Assembly: GCA_015055515.1 (NCBI GenBank)
Contig: SVIC01000001.1
Coordinates: 20,114-84,113, forward strand
Direction: 5' to 3'
From: Clostridiales bacterium
Lineage (GTDB): Bacteria; Bacillota; Clostridia; Christensenellales; UBA1242
Length of the DNA stretch: 64,000 nt
Part shown: positions 42,701 to 57,700 of the stretch, piece by piece
Position numbering within the stretch: the stretch's first letter is position 1
Layout: the number at the start of each line of letters is the position of its first letter
Program-made: the position numbers and the translations under genes
The notes under the pieces: model-generated
What the model was told of the DNA's origin: nothing
Databases searched by the model: none
The model's input: the letters and a program-made list of their open reading frames with translations, nothing else

Positions 42701-45700
42701 GTAATTATTGCCAAAGCGGAAAACAAGGTTGCAAGCGAATTAAAAGATGTGTTAGAGATAGATAGTCTGAACTCAATAAACTTGTGGAAGAGAGATCACA
42801 AGAATATAGATAGGGCACAATACGGCGGAGCTGTTGCTCCTAGAGCGTATATAGGCTCATTCGTTGGATTCGTGGTAAGTGAATCTGGCTGGATAACATA
42901 TCCTGAGATAAGTGAGCGTGTAATAAAAGAAAATGCTTATTTCATGCAGGCGTTCAAGTATAATGGCACACAAGATAGTGAGTATGAATTGCTGGCAGAG
43001 GTGGGCAATGCGAAGAACAACTATTTGTCTGCAATGAAAGATGATAAATATATTGCACAAGGTCAATATTTTGTAATGACTATGACCGAGAGTAATAGGT
43101 CGATATTGGGTCAAAATATCTATACTATAACAACGCCTGATGGCAAAAAAGTACTAGAAGATGGCGGAATATATTCTGTAAGTAAGATTGTTCATGAGTT
43201 GGAATTGTTATATGGAGTAGATAAGGTAAAGAATGCTGGCACAAATCCAACTGAAGTTAATGTCATACATTATGATGTGACTAACAATGCACTAATACTA
43301 AGAACTAGCAATCAAGTATATACTATAGCAACATTCTCACATTCTATAAGCAATACTGTGAACTACAAATACAATGATGTATATCAAGGATACTCTGGCG
43401 ATATCATTATAAGTCCTACCGATCAGAGAAGTTACAGATTCAGCCGTGTACAGCAATATGGTAGTCTAAGAACTCTAAAAGAATTTGTTACTGGTACATA
43501 TCTACATAGTGAGACTTCTAATATGAAGTACGCATATGTAGTTGGATCTAATGTGGCTCAGGGTGGCGACATGGCAGTACCTACATTGAATCCTGTAGTG
43601 CCTAGTGTATATACTACATGGCGTAAGGATGTATGGAATGGTGTAGAGGTGGTAAATGGCGTGCGTGTGGATGCAAGCAAATATGTGTTCCCTAGCCGTA
43701 GATACCTAACATATAAGAATGTAATATATGTATACGAATTCCAAGACTTGCTAGATAATACCGAGCAATATCCAGATGCAACGTATATATTGATGAATAA
43801 TATAGATATGTCTGACTATAATGGCAATATTCCATTGAATAGAAATGTTCCATTCTCTGGTGTATTGAAGAGTAATAAATTAGGTGGACAGTATCAGAAT
43901 TATGTAATATACGGAATGAGAGTAGAAGGCAGTGCAAATGATACATTTGGATTATTTGCAACAGTCAAAGGTGCTACTTTCATAGGATTTAAGATTGCTG
44001 TAGACTATGTAAATATTGCATTAACTGACAGCAATGGCGATGATATCACTACAGCAGGTATACTATTTGGTAATCAGGATACTGATAAGAGAATAAGAAT
44101 ACAAGATGTAGAGATTTTGGGCGAATACAATAGCAATCATAGAGGCATATTCCAAGTATCAGGTGCTAACTATGTAGGTGGATTATTTGGTAAGGCGAAT
44201 AATGTGAGCCTGATATACACAGGAAATGCCAATGGCGGATTGGATTATGCTGTAAATAGATTATCAATAAATGTTGCCTCAGTGTCTACCGATGATATTA
44301 ATATTGGTGGTATCAGTGGTTATATTAATAATAGATATGATGGTCTATTAATTAATAGTGTCAAGACACTTGATACAGAGATAAATGTATCGTTGGTGTT
44401 AGAGGGTCGTATCAAGAAGGTAAATGTAGGTGGCATATTTGGTCATGCTATAGCAAAAGATAACATAACAATGTCTGGCTGTGGTGTAGATGTAGATGCT
44501 AATGTACAAAACAATACTATTAAGCAGACTGTAAAAGTAGATAATGAAGATTATACGGTAGTGAAGAATCCAGGCATCAATATGTATCTGGCGGGTAGAG
44601 AAGGTTATCAGCCAGAAGGTAATCACAAGGTATTGGTTGGTGGCCTTGTTGGTAAGTCCGAGATAATAATGGACAATGAGAATAATGCAGATGCGTTAGT
44701 TACAACCAATATCAATGTGAATAATGGTACATATAGATTTAAGGTGTTTAATAATAGCGAGTATAATTGGAACTCACCAGATAACTCATATGTTTCATCT
44801 AAGAGCGACATTGCTGTAGGTGGAGTTGTAGGTAGTGTAGATTACTTCGGTGATGACGTTGTTATCATCAATGGTGTCAAGGCTCATGCTAATATTAAGT
44901 TCAGCCAAGTCGGTGATGCAATAGAAGGCACTAAGACATATGTAGGTGGTGCTGTAGGAGCGATAGGCGCAGGATTCTTTGGTAACGAAGTTGGTGTGAA
45001 GAATATTAATGCAATAGGTGTAGAGGGTAATATTGATGTCTCTGTTAGTGGAGTGTCTAAGAACATCTATACTGGTGGTATATTCGGATACTTAACCAAT
45101 GCTGGTAATGTGACTGAATCTAAATCTAATGTTAATATATCTACAAAATTGAATAATGGTAGCGAAGGCGTATTCTTAGGTGGATTCGTAGGTCATATGG
45201 AAGACAAGGTAGAAGATAATTTGTCGGATACTACTATCGGTGGAGCGAATGATATTAATGCTACTATCAATGTGGATGTGGCAGAAAATGCTACTACAAG
45301 AGAAATCTATGTCGGAAACTTTGCTGGTAAAGTAAATGGTATGGATAGCGAGAGATTGCAGATATCAAATCTTGTTGCAGGCGGTACAGTCAACTTAACT
45401 GGTGGAACAGATAGCACCCTAGAGAATAGTTATATCTCTGGATTCGCTGGACACGCTACTAATGTGAACTTAAGTCAAATTGCGACAACAGGCAAGATAT
45501 TGGCGGAAGATAATACACTAAATATCACAAAATCATATCTTGCTGGAATAGTGGGCTATGGAGAGGACTTTAGTCTAGATCAGTCATTCAGCAATATGAC
45601 TATTGCTATATATACAAGGTCAGACGATGCAACTACAATTGATATAGATGAGAGTAAATTAAATACAGTGGGCAACCACGTAGGAGGATTAGTAGGATAC

Positions 45701-48700
45701 ATCAAGTTAGAGGGAACTGGCGCAACTCCTGAGACTGTTATCACAGACTCATACAGTGCTGTATTCATTGACTATGACTTGGCTAATAATAATCCTACTA
45801 ATGCGAGCACAATAACAAGTGAAGATGAAACGAATAATGATGCATCATTTATCGGTGGTATTATCGGACAATTGGATAATTACGCAAATAATTTAATACT
45901 ATTTGATATAGATAGAGTGTATAGCATTAGCAATATTCCAGCAATCACTAATTATGATTACATCAAGATATATGATGAGTATAATACTATTGGTGGAATA
46001 TTAGGACAGAGCACTGCTGGTAAATATACAGATGCTTCTGGTACAGAAAATGATTGTCCTGCTTATATAACCAGTGCATTTGGATCTACTTATTACAATG
46101 CAGAACTAATCCCATACAGCAACTATTATGGTATGGCTATGGGTAGTGATGAGATGTTATTTGGTAACTTTGCTGATACATATCTGAGTATCGGTGATGG
46201 TGCAGGTAAGTGGAAACAAGAAATAAATAATTCTTATCCATTATTAAACTGGGACAACCCTGTACAAGTAGATGGTAGTAGGCAAAATCCTATTAAGACA
46301 ACCGCTACTACAGTACTAGAGGAGGAAATGTCGTATATTATAGATAATGAGGGTATATTATCTGCTTCCACTAATACTGCTAGTAACATATTCTATTTCA
46401 ATGGTCATAGTATTAGTGCTACTCAATTATTTGGTACAATTGATAGTAAGTCTATTATTGTTGGCGTAAAGTCTAATTCTAATGGAATAACTATTGCAAA
46501 TGAGAATAACGGTATAATAGTATCTACTTATGATAACAATAATAAAATCAAGGTAGCAAATACTAATAATGGTGTAATTCATGCATACATTGCTAGTGAG
46601 AGTGGTGCGAACAGTGCATATGTAGTAGGTGAAAATAATGGCTTGATTTCTAGCAGTATTGTTAGCACAAGTGTACTGCCAAGTTCTATATCTAATGTAT
46701 CATTGTCTAAGATTGTATATACATCTGCATCTGGTACACTAAGTTTTAGTGGTGTATACGATACATACATTAGACAGAAAGGTATGGAAAAGGTAACTTA
46801 TATTGATAGCAATGGTACACCAAAACAATTTGAAAAAATTGCTTATGATCCAAATAAAATATACGCTACAGATATATCCAACTTTATTATCAGTAAAAAT
46901 AATGATTTCACATTAGACTTTGACAATGTATGGACAATGTTTGTTGTGGATGGGTTAAGTCCTGCTGATAGTAACTTGCGTAACAATGGCGCACCTATGC
47001 TAAGGCTAGAGGTCAAGGTAAGGTCTGGCACTGGCAAGTGGTACTATAGAGATATTGATCTATATGACTACAAATATAATTATAGCGATATAGACAGAAA
47101 TGCAGATAATGTCATTGACGATAACGACTATGTAGATACATCTAAGTTGTATAACAGAGATATTCCATATGTATCTACTGCTGTATATGAGCAGAATAAG
47201 ACTATGTATGGCAACTATGTATGGGCGTATAGTATGGGTACCATTAGTGGCTACGAGTACTACAAGGTAATTAATGGTAATACTGGAGAAGAGGAGATAC
47301 ATGGGTTAAAGAGTATCAATAATAATATTATACCAGGATCTCAGATAACAATAGATGGTGATAAGATAATAACTATTACTATTAAGAAGCCTAGTGAACT
47401 AGCATGGATAGCATATATGGTGAATACTGGCCAATTCGATTTCGAGGGTGTGACTATTATAGTTGGTGCTAATATTGACCTATCGGGCAAAATGTGGACA
47501 CCAATAGGAACAAAAGTACATCCATTCAAGGGCTCATTCAATGGTGGTGGTTATAACCAAGAAAGTGGTAGTATGAAGATAATACATACTATATCTAACC
47601 TTAATATAATTAACGCTGATGTGGCGGGATTGTTCGGTTATGTTGCGCCAGTTGAAAATCCTGCAGAGATCAATATGTTCAACATATCGGTTAACAAAGG
47701 ATTGGTTATTGCGACTGATACTATAACTACTGGTAATCAAGTAGGTGGATCGGCAGGATCATTGATTGGTGCAGTGGTAAAAGGTGATGCTAACGATCTG
47801 AAATATAGTGTCGACTTTGTAGTAACAAGAACTAATGACTATGAGATGGTACTAGGATATAATACCGATGTGTCTATTAGAGAGACTATTAATAACAACT
47901 TAGCCAAATATGTAATATCTGACTCTGATGGTGTAATATTCAATATGGCGAATATTAATGATTTATCCGATAATAAGGCATATTTTGTTAATGATGGTGG
48001 TAATCCTGTTGTGACCAAATATTCTACAACTACTAATTATGTAGCGATTAAGGATGATGGTGGCAGAACAATAAAACTTAATGGTACTGAGACGACAGAT
48101 AAATATCGAATAGAGCAGATTGGTGTAGAATGTGACATCATGAAGGTATGTGACCCTGTCGATAGCAAGGAGCATACATTACAAGTAGTCGGTGCAAATG
48201 CTGGTGGTATGGTGGGCTATGTATCTAGTGGTGCCGATGTGGATATCATAAGGGCAGAAAACAACACATATGTATATAGTTATACTGGTGTAAAGAATAC
48301 TGGTGCTATGAACTACGCTGGCGGTATTGTAGGTAGAGCAGAAGGAAAGTTAGTTAATATGTCTACCATTGCTAACCAAGGTGATGTGTACGGACTATAT
48401 GCTGGAGGATTGATTGGTTATGCTAAAGAGGCAGTGCTGATAGAGAATGCATATAACTCTAATGGCGATGTGTCTGATGCAACTGCTATTAAAGATATTA
48501 ACATAACAACATATGATGCAATTAATGGAGGTGTAGGTGCATTCGTAGGATATATGAACTACAATGTATCCGCAGGAGCACTAATTGCAAATAGCAGAGA
48601 TGCAATTATAGAAGAGAGTTATTCCTCTACTGGTAATACAAATCTAGTAGGTGAGTATGTTGTTGATAGTACTCTTGGCTTTGATACTAATAACGATGGC

Positions 48701-51700
48701 GTAATAGATGATAAAGATGTCATGTATGATAAAAACGCTGATGGCACTATAGACATTGCCGATATAGATTACTCTAAGGTATTCAAGTATGTATATGTGC
48801 ATAGTGATAATATAGAAAATGATAACGATCCTAATACAATAGATTTGAACGCTAATGAGAAATCTGTATTTGGTAAGATTGAGATTACAGGAGATGAGAC
48901 ATCGGGATATACTGCAACTTATCCAGAAGATGATCCTGATACAACAGATGTCAATGAGGCAAAATACAACTATCTAGCAAATGATACATTCTTTACTATC
49001 AAAGATTTCAAGAACTTTGCTTGGGGTAGTATCTGGCACAGAGATGGTAGTAATACGAAGTATCCAGTGCTGATGTTTGCTGCAGGATACTGGATAGACT
49101 TTGCTACATTGCCATCTACAGATAATGCAACTGCGAATATTTCTACTCAGATATTCGATGGTACAATTACTCAGACTGAGAAAAATTGGTATAATAGTAA
49201 TAATAATACTACATTCTATATTGATAGAACATCACAACTAGCATGGATTGCTAGAATGACTAATGCGGGCTTTGACTTTAGTGGCAAGACGATTGTGATA
49301 AGGAGCAATTTAAGTTTTGCAGGAAAGATATGGGTAGCAATAGGTCATGCAGACTTCGATGTGATGAGCGGTGGTAAGCACAATAGTAGTCTAACTACAA
49401 CAGACTATGATACTGGTATGGTTAAGGGCAGTACATATAGACCATTCAAGGGTAGTGTCGTTACTGCTACAAATCCGCAAACAAATATACCATATATAAT
49501 GAATATGACATCTATTCGTACAGTATCATTTATGTCATACTATCTGTCAGTTAATGCAGAGAGAGAAGACTTTGTATACAAGAATGAAGTAAACAGAAAG
49601 AATGAGTTAAATAAATACTCGGGACTATTTGGATTGACAGACAATGCTAATATATCTAACATTAGTGTTGGAGAAGGAACTGTCATGGATACGGTAGATG
49701 GTAGTCAGTATGTCGCAGGTGTGGTAGGCTATGCATACAATACTGCACTTACTAATATATCTAGTAGCACTAATATTAGTTATCCAGTAGTATCTGCTGA
49801 TGAAAACAAATATGTATTAGGCGGATATATAGGCCAGATTGCAGGTTATGCAGAGTATAGTGGAGTGGATCTGACTAGTATAGATCCTGGAACAAATAAT
49901 CCAACTGCAAATAACCTATATAATCTATCTGCATATGGCTCAATAGATGCTGATGCTGGATCAAACATTGGTGGTGTCTTTGGCAGATTATATGTTAGTA
50001 GCACTAACAAGCCAATTATACAAAAGATGTCTAGCATGGTTAAGATAGACTATGGTTATACTCTAACAGATATTAATATTAATTATTCGGCTAGTGATAT
50101 GGGTGGTCTTATTGGAAGTGTTGGATCTACCTCCGATCTATTACTATATGATATGACAGTAGGAGTGGTGGATACACAACCAACCAATTCAAAGGTGGTA
50201 TCATTATCTATTAATTCAACAAAAGATATATCTAATATAGGTGGATTAGTAGGTAGTGCTGTCGCAACAACAAATAGTAATATATATCTAGCAAAAGTAT
50301 CAGAGAATACTACTATCAGCAGTACATCTAATAATGTGTCTAACGTAGCAGGACTGGTTGGTAATGCAAATAATGTCATTATTACATCACAGTATGACAA
50401 AGTATTGGCTGCAATATTCTTAACAGGCAAGACTGCTGATATTATTCATATGGTTAATGTTATCGATGGCATACAGCCAGCAACTACTGAATATGTACTT
50501 GCAAGATATAATGACAATGCAAGTGTGCGTGTATATGATTATATAATTACGCTTACAAATGGATCTATTGAGTTATCTAATGGAACTAATGTAGGTGGTA
50601 TGGTAGGTAACGCTAACAATGTAAGGGTATATGGTCTAGTAGATGCTACTATAGAGGCTAATGCAAACAATGGCAATAAGGATTATTATACTACATACAA
50701 TATCTGGTTGCAGAGTGATAAATCTGTGTCGGTAACTACTTCGGGTGGTAATGTAGGTGGTATAGTTGGTAATTATACCGATGGTGATGATAGCACTGGT
50801 AGTAGTGACTATTACACTACTAATTATGTCAAACTAATAAGGAATATTTCTGCAATTAGTGGTACGTCTGGAATGTATGTAGGTGGCATTGTTGGTAATG
50901 CTAGCGACATAATATTAATCCAAGGTGTAATAAATACTGGTACCATAACTAATGGCAACGGTATCGCAGGAAATATTGCAGATGGTAGCTATATCCTAGA
51001 GGCAGAGAGTAGTAATGGCAATGCAGTATATCCTGCCACATCCGATGTTATTGCAAGAAATACAAAACTTAACACAACATGTGTAGGCAATGTATCTGAC
51101 TCATCAGTATGGGATGGAGATAACATAATCTTGTATGCTATCCCAGAGGATAAGTTAGGGTATACAGAGTTAAATGGTGTTAAATATTACACTATAAATA
51201 ATGAACTGGATTATCTAACTGCACAGAAACTTCATAGCATGAGAGTGGGTGGATTGTCATTTACTTACTTAGATGCTGATGACAATCCAATAACCGAAAG
51301 TGGATATCAGTTGGTAAGAGGTGTATCTGGTAACTATATTAACTCTGACAAATTCAATTTGTATTTCGCAGAGGATTTTAAATTGACAGTTCCTAGTCTA
51401 AATCCAATGGGATCAGAGAACTTTGAGTATGTAGGTAAAGTGAACGGTAATGGTAAAACAATTACTATATCTAGTGATACGAAATTAACATCAATTGATG
51501 GTGCAAATACTGGTATATTTGGTGTGCTTGGAGAAAATGCAAATTTGCATAACTTTATAATTAAATATACAGAAGATTTGTCTGATACTACTAGTAGTAT
51601 AGAGAAAGCAAATGTATCTTCGTTGGTTGCAAAGGTATCTTCGAATACAAATGTTGTAACTATAACAGATATTAAGGTGATTAGTGAAAAAATTGACAAC

Positions 51701-54700
51701 GCTGGAAATGTTGTGCCTGTGACTCTTGTGGCTACATCGTCCAACTTAGGCGGAATAGTAGCAAAGGCAGATGGAGATGTAACAATCACTAATTGTAATG
51801 TATCTAATATTACATTCATTAATAAAAATGCTGGAACTAATGGCGGAATAATTGGTGCAGATGGCGGAGTATTGACAATATCTGGTGGTACATTGAAGAA
51901 TGTCACATTAGATGGTGGTCAATATGTAGGTAGTGTCATTGGTAATATGACAAATCATAATTCTTCTGCCGATGGTACAATACTTGATAATGTGACTGTG
52001 TCTTGTGATAACAATAATACAGATTCTCTATCTGCTAGTGCTAATTATGGATTATTAGCGGGATATGTAGCAGGTAGTATAAGTAATATAAAGACACAAC
52101 AAAATACAACATCTAATCTTATTGTTACAGGGGCAAGTAGTACTACACTAAGCGTAGGTGGTATTGCTGGTGTTGTGGCTAGTTCTGCAAATGTTAAGGA
52201 CAATGTGGTGTCATTAACAACTGGCAATGCTGGTGGCACATCCAATGGTTATGCCATAACTGGTACTGCTAATGTAAATGCTGGAGGATTATTCGGCGTA
52301 GTAACAATGGGTAGTAATACAGTATCTGGCAACAAAATCTCTGTAGACAAGATAGAGGTTGAAGGTAATGAGGTGTATTTAGGTGGTGTCGTTAGTGTAA
52401 TAGATAGTGGAAATGAGGAATTGCTTGGTGTAACAAATACTATTAATAAATTATCTGCAACACAACTTAGTCTAAATGTAGGTGCTAATACATCATATGT
52501 AGGCGGTATTGCTGGATCATTGCAACCAAAAGGTAGTGACAATCCTTCAGTATCTCAATTGAGTAGCGTTGTAGGATCGGCTACTGGAGTAAACGATATA
52601 TCAATAGATGTGAAAAGTGATAGTGCATATATAGGTGGGTTATTTGGAGAAATGAACAACGCTACTTATGGTGCGGGTGTAAAAATTGATAATGTATCAA
52701 TAAATAATATCGATGGTGCAAATTTTGCCAAAACGGCATATATCGGCGGTGTTGCTGGTAATATCGTTGGAGATTCTACCATTAGCGGTGTTGTTAATAT
52801 AGGTGGAAATAAGTTAAATATTACTGGTGGAATGTCATCTGGTGGATTATTTGGTAATGTAGCGGGTACATTGAATATAACAAATGCTCCTACGCTAGGA
52901 ACAATAACAATATCTAATGCTGATAATGCAGGTGGATTATTCGGTAATGTGTCTGGTACGGTGAGTGCTAGTGCAATTAGTACAATTGCTAACACTATGA
53001 CCATATCTGGTGCAAACGCTGGTGCTATTGCTGGTAGTGTAAGTGGTAATGGAAATATAACATTTGCAAGCAATCAAGTAGACATAATTGATAATACAGA
53101 TAATACTATAACAATCACTGGTAGCACCAATGCAGGTATGGCATTTGGTGTGATAGAATATACTGCTAGTATCAATGGTCAATCTAATGGTATAGCAAAT
53201 ATTGCTATATCTGGTGGCTCTGTAATAGGTAATAGCAATGTCGGTGGTGTTGTTGGTAGAATATCCGGTACAACCGCTGTAACATTTAGCAATGTATCTG
53301 CTAATAGTACAGGTATAACAGCAAGTGGTATAACAACTAACGCTGGTGGTATCATTGGTGCTATAAATAATGGTCAGACATTGACTATCAATACTATGGG
53401 CGTATCGACTACTATCACTGGTGGAGGCAACGCTGGTGGTATAGTTGGTAATGTAGCGGGAATGCTAACTATATCTAGTGATCCAACATTAAATGCAATA
53501 AAAATATCTAATGCTGATAATGCAGGTGGATTATTTGGTAATGTGTCTGGTACGGTGAGTGCTAGTGAAATTAGTACAATTGCTAACACTATGACAATAT
53601 CTGGTGCAAACGCTGGTGCTATTGCTGGTAGTGTAAGTGGTAGTATATCATTTAATGCTACTGCAACTAATCCATTAAAAATATCTGCTGATGATATGGA
53701 AATTACAGGTAGTGCTAATGCAAGTATGGCATTTGGTGTGATATCGGATACTGCAAAAGTTAATTCTAATACTGATAGAACGGTTGAAAATATTAGCATA
53801 ACTAATGGTGCTGTTATAAGTAGTAGTACAGCCAATGCAGGTGGACTATGTGGAAGTGTTGAAGGTACAAATACTATACAATTAACTAATATAAGTGTAA
53901 ATAGCACCAAGTTATATAACAAAGATGGCGGAGGCAATATTGCCACTAGTGGAAATATTGGTGGTGTGATAGGAATAGTTGGATCTGATCAGACTGTAAA
54001 TATCTCCGATATTGCTATTAACACAACTATCACTGGTGGAAGTAATGCTGGTGGTATAGTTGGTAATGCAACGGAAGGATCAACAATCGCTATGTCAAGT
54101 GGTACAATATCGGATACGATAAATATCACCGGTGCAAATACTGCTGGTGGTGTCGCTGGTAGTGTAAGTGGTAAGATGACATTTGGATCTACCGATATTC
54201 AGATCACTGCTACAAATATTGCAATTACAAGTACAAGTAATGCAGGTATTGCATTTGGTGTGATAACAGATACTGCTATGGTTAATTCTAATACTGCTGG
54301 AACTATACAGAATGTCACTATAACTGGTGGTACTGTTACAAGTAGCAATGCAGGTGGTGTAGTAGGTAGTATTACAGGTGACAATGCTGTAACATTTAGT
54401 AATGTGATGGTAGGTGGTACGACTATTATTGCAAATGCTAGCAGTGCTAGTATTGGTGGTATGATAGGTAGTGCTGTCAATATTATAATTATTAATGATA
54501 CTAATAATACTAATAAATTTACATCTACTACAACAATAAAAGTAAATGATAAAGATGGTAGCAACGCAAATATCCAGAGTGTAAACCTAGGTGGATTTGT
54601 AGGTAAAGCAAATTGTGCGACTATAACGAATGTTACAAATAGCAATATTGCTACAAGTATTCCAGAAATTGCTAACATAGTAGCTAACTTAGGTGGTATT

Positions 54701-57700
54701 GTAGGATATATTGATACATCAGATGATGTTACTATTAAGATTACAAATGCAACTAACAATATTGCATTAGGTCACGCTACTAGCGTAGCGAATGCTGGTG
54801 GTATAGTTGGTGGCATGACAATGAATAATGGTGCTACTGCAGAATTTGTAGGCAATGTCAACAATGGTGATATCACAGCAAAAGAAAATGCTGGTGGTAT
54901 ACTAGGTAATGGAATAATTGCAGATAAGTATGAGAATAATTCCATTAAAGGAAACTCTATTGATAACAAGAATGGTATTATTAAGATTAAAGGAACTACT
55001 ACTGCTGATAAGCAGGTCATTGGTAATGGATTGACTATCAAGGCGGATAACGCTGGTGGTGTCGTTGGTAAAGTAGACTTGAAGACACCAGAAAGTTCAG
55101 ACAATGCTGATGTAAAACAATATTATGTGCTGGCATATATTACTAACTTCGATAACTATTATAAGGTAGGGTTCGTAAATATAACACAAGATGACCCAGA
55201 TACAGAAGACAAAAATGAATATAAGGTAGAGGGTACAACCACTGCTGGAGGTATTGCAGGACTATTAAGAGTATCTTATGTAGAGAATTGTGATAATCAT
55301 GGTAGTAGTATTACAGGTACATCTAGTATAGGTGGTATCGTTGGTCAAATGAATGGTAGACTTGTTACAAACTGTACTAATTATAGTGATATCAAGAATA
55401 GCACAAATGTGAATAATGTAGGTGGTATTGTTGGTGCAAACTCCATAGGCGGAATATCTGATTGTACTAACAAAGGAAAGATTGAGTCCAGTGCTAGTGC
55501 AGTAGGTGGAATAGCAGGTGGTGCAAACTCCAATCAGTCTAGATTAAAGGCAAATTCGACAGAATATGAGCTGATTTACGCATGGGATAATGTTGGTATA
55601 ATTAATTGTAAGAACTATGCAAATGTAATCAATACGAAGACATATGGAAATTCTGCAGGTGGTATTGTGGGATCTTCTAATGGTGGAATATTCAATAATT
55701 GCATAGTTGGTGATGAGTCTTCTGCTACTACCACAATAACCATATCTGCGTATAGTTATGCAGGCGGTATTGTAGGTGATATTGCAATGAATGGTTGGGT
55801 TGTAATAGGCGGAGTACAATTAAAAAATAATAAATTGTATGACAATATAACTATTGATTCTAAGAACTATGCTGGTGCTTCTGGTGGTATTGTTGGAACA
55901 ATATTAGTAGGAGCAGATATAAAGTTCAGTGGAGAGTCTTCTTATGAATCTGGTACAGATGAAATTGGAGGACTAAATGGAACTCTTTCTCATATTACTA
56001 ATGATACAACTTATACTATACCTAGTACTGTAAAGGTAATAGGTAGGGCAATAGGTGGTGTTGTAGGTATGGTAGATGTGGGTTCTAGAAAGGCCAATGA
56101 TAGTACATATAGTAATATCAAAGAAAACGCTATATTTGCACATATTAGCAAGTTTGTTAATGAAGCAACAATAGTTGGTAGAGTGGGACCATTTGAATTT
56201 GGAACAACTAGTTACAACAATGTTAAATCATTAGGAAAGGCATCATCTGGTGGTATTGCAGGATCATTAAGATGTAGTGTGGTAGAGAATTGTAGCAACA
56301 ATTCTAGTAATATTACGGCAGGAGATTATAAAATCAAAGAATCCGGTAGTACTGCTTATACCGATGTGTTCGGTGCAATTGGTGGAATAGTAGGCGAAAT
56401 GAATGGTAGATATATTGATGATTGTACGAATACTGGAGAGTTGAAAGGCTCGGGAAGCTGTATTTATGACAAAAATGATGATGGTACGGATAAGGAACAT
56501 CCTTATTCTGCATTGTCTGTAGGTGGTATAACTGGTAGAATAACCGTTGGATATATTACAGATTGTACTAACTTGGCTAGTATTACAGGACCAAACGATG
56601 TCGGTGGAATAGCAGGTGGTGCTATTCAACCAGTAGGTGATGGTACCTTGAGTGCCCCAGTAACGTATTCTTGGGCTAAAGTTAACGGGAATGGAGCAAT
56701 CATTCCATTCTCTGGTAATACAAATGGAAGAAGCGGTAGTGTTAATGGTATAACTATTACATCCACAGCTGGTAACGTTGGTGGTATATTCGGATCTGCT
56801 TCTACTGTTATAATATCTGCTACAACTATTAATTATGCAAAGATTGTAGGCGGTAATAATGCTGGTGGTATAATAGGTCTGGTTAGTGCAACATCGGATA
56901 TCACTGCCAACAACTCTGGTGCAGTATCTTCTACTAGTGGTTATGCCGCAGGAATTGTAGGATATATTTCTAGCGGTGCTTTGGCAGGAACAACTATTAA
57001 TGGTACTAATAGTGGAACAATAAATGGCAAGACTGAGGCTAATGTGACAGGCGATAAAGAAGACTGGATCTACAATCCTAGAATAAGGGTAACATTTGTT
57101 GTTGAGAACAATACAGATACATCTGGTGCGACAAGTGCATTTAAGATTACATTTAGCAATGTGAATGATATGTCTACGACAGGAAGTAATGTAACATTAA
57201 GCAATAATGGTACTACAAAACTCAGAGCAAATGGTACAATTACATTCACTATATCCAATTCTAATTCTTCAACTTATTCTAACAAAGTAAGGGTGAAAGG
57301 GCATTACGGGACGGCTAGTGCTATAGATGCTATAGCTGGAACAAGTGAAATAAGCTTGAAACTAGATGGGAATTCACATAATTATACAATCACATTGTTG
57401 GCTTCTTATTACTATTATGAGAGAACTAGAGATGGCGATAGTGGTGCTACAAAACACTCAACAAATTTGGTCTGTGGCACGACTCAGCATAGTCATGGAA
57501 CAAATTGTTATAAATATGTGTTGGATTGTAGTAATACAGAAGAAGGGCATGAGCATGGCGAAAGTTGTAATAAACGTGTATTAAATTGTACTAGTGCGCA
57601 TCATTCAAGCAGTTGCTATTGTAGTTATTTTGACTATACAACCACTGGAGAAAATAAATCTTCAGGGCATTATTCTAGCATGCCTAGTTACTCAATTAGA

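Noticed and set aside
48683-48763. Dockerin domain, which would imply cellulosome attachment.
   Set aside because: The two Ca-loop motifs are separated by only 3 residues instead of the roughly 20-residue helix-linker of type I dockerins. They are also internal to a 9,045-aa protein, and no cohesin or glycoside hydrolase context exists.
52909-53642. Possible diversity-generating retroelement (template/variable repeat pair), suggested by the two 140-nt near-identical segments.
   Set aside because: No reverse transcriptase or accessory gene is present anywhere in the window. Both copies are in frame within the same tandem array. The 3 differences (c/t, c/a, c/a) do not form an adenine-specific pattern beyond what chance gives with 3 sites.
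51334-54759. Long antisense ORFs inside the giant gene (e.g. 51334..51906, 53374..53946 and 54199..54759 on the minus strand, 186-190 aa; many shorter ones occur elsewhere along the gene).
   Set aside because: They lie opposite the GLUG repeats, whose GGT/GCT/AAT/ACT-rich codons rarely produce stops when reverse-complemented. The translations are low-complexity P/A/I/L/T strings with no RBS or start context. The sense frame is continuous for 27 kb.
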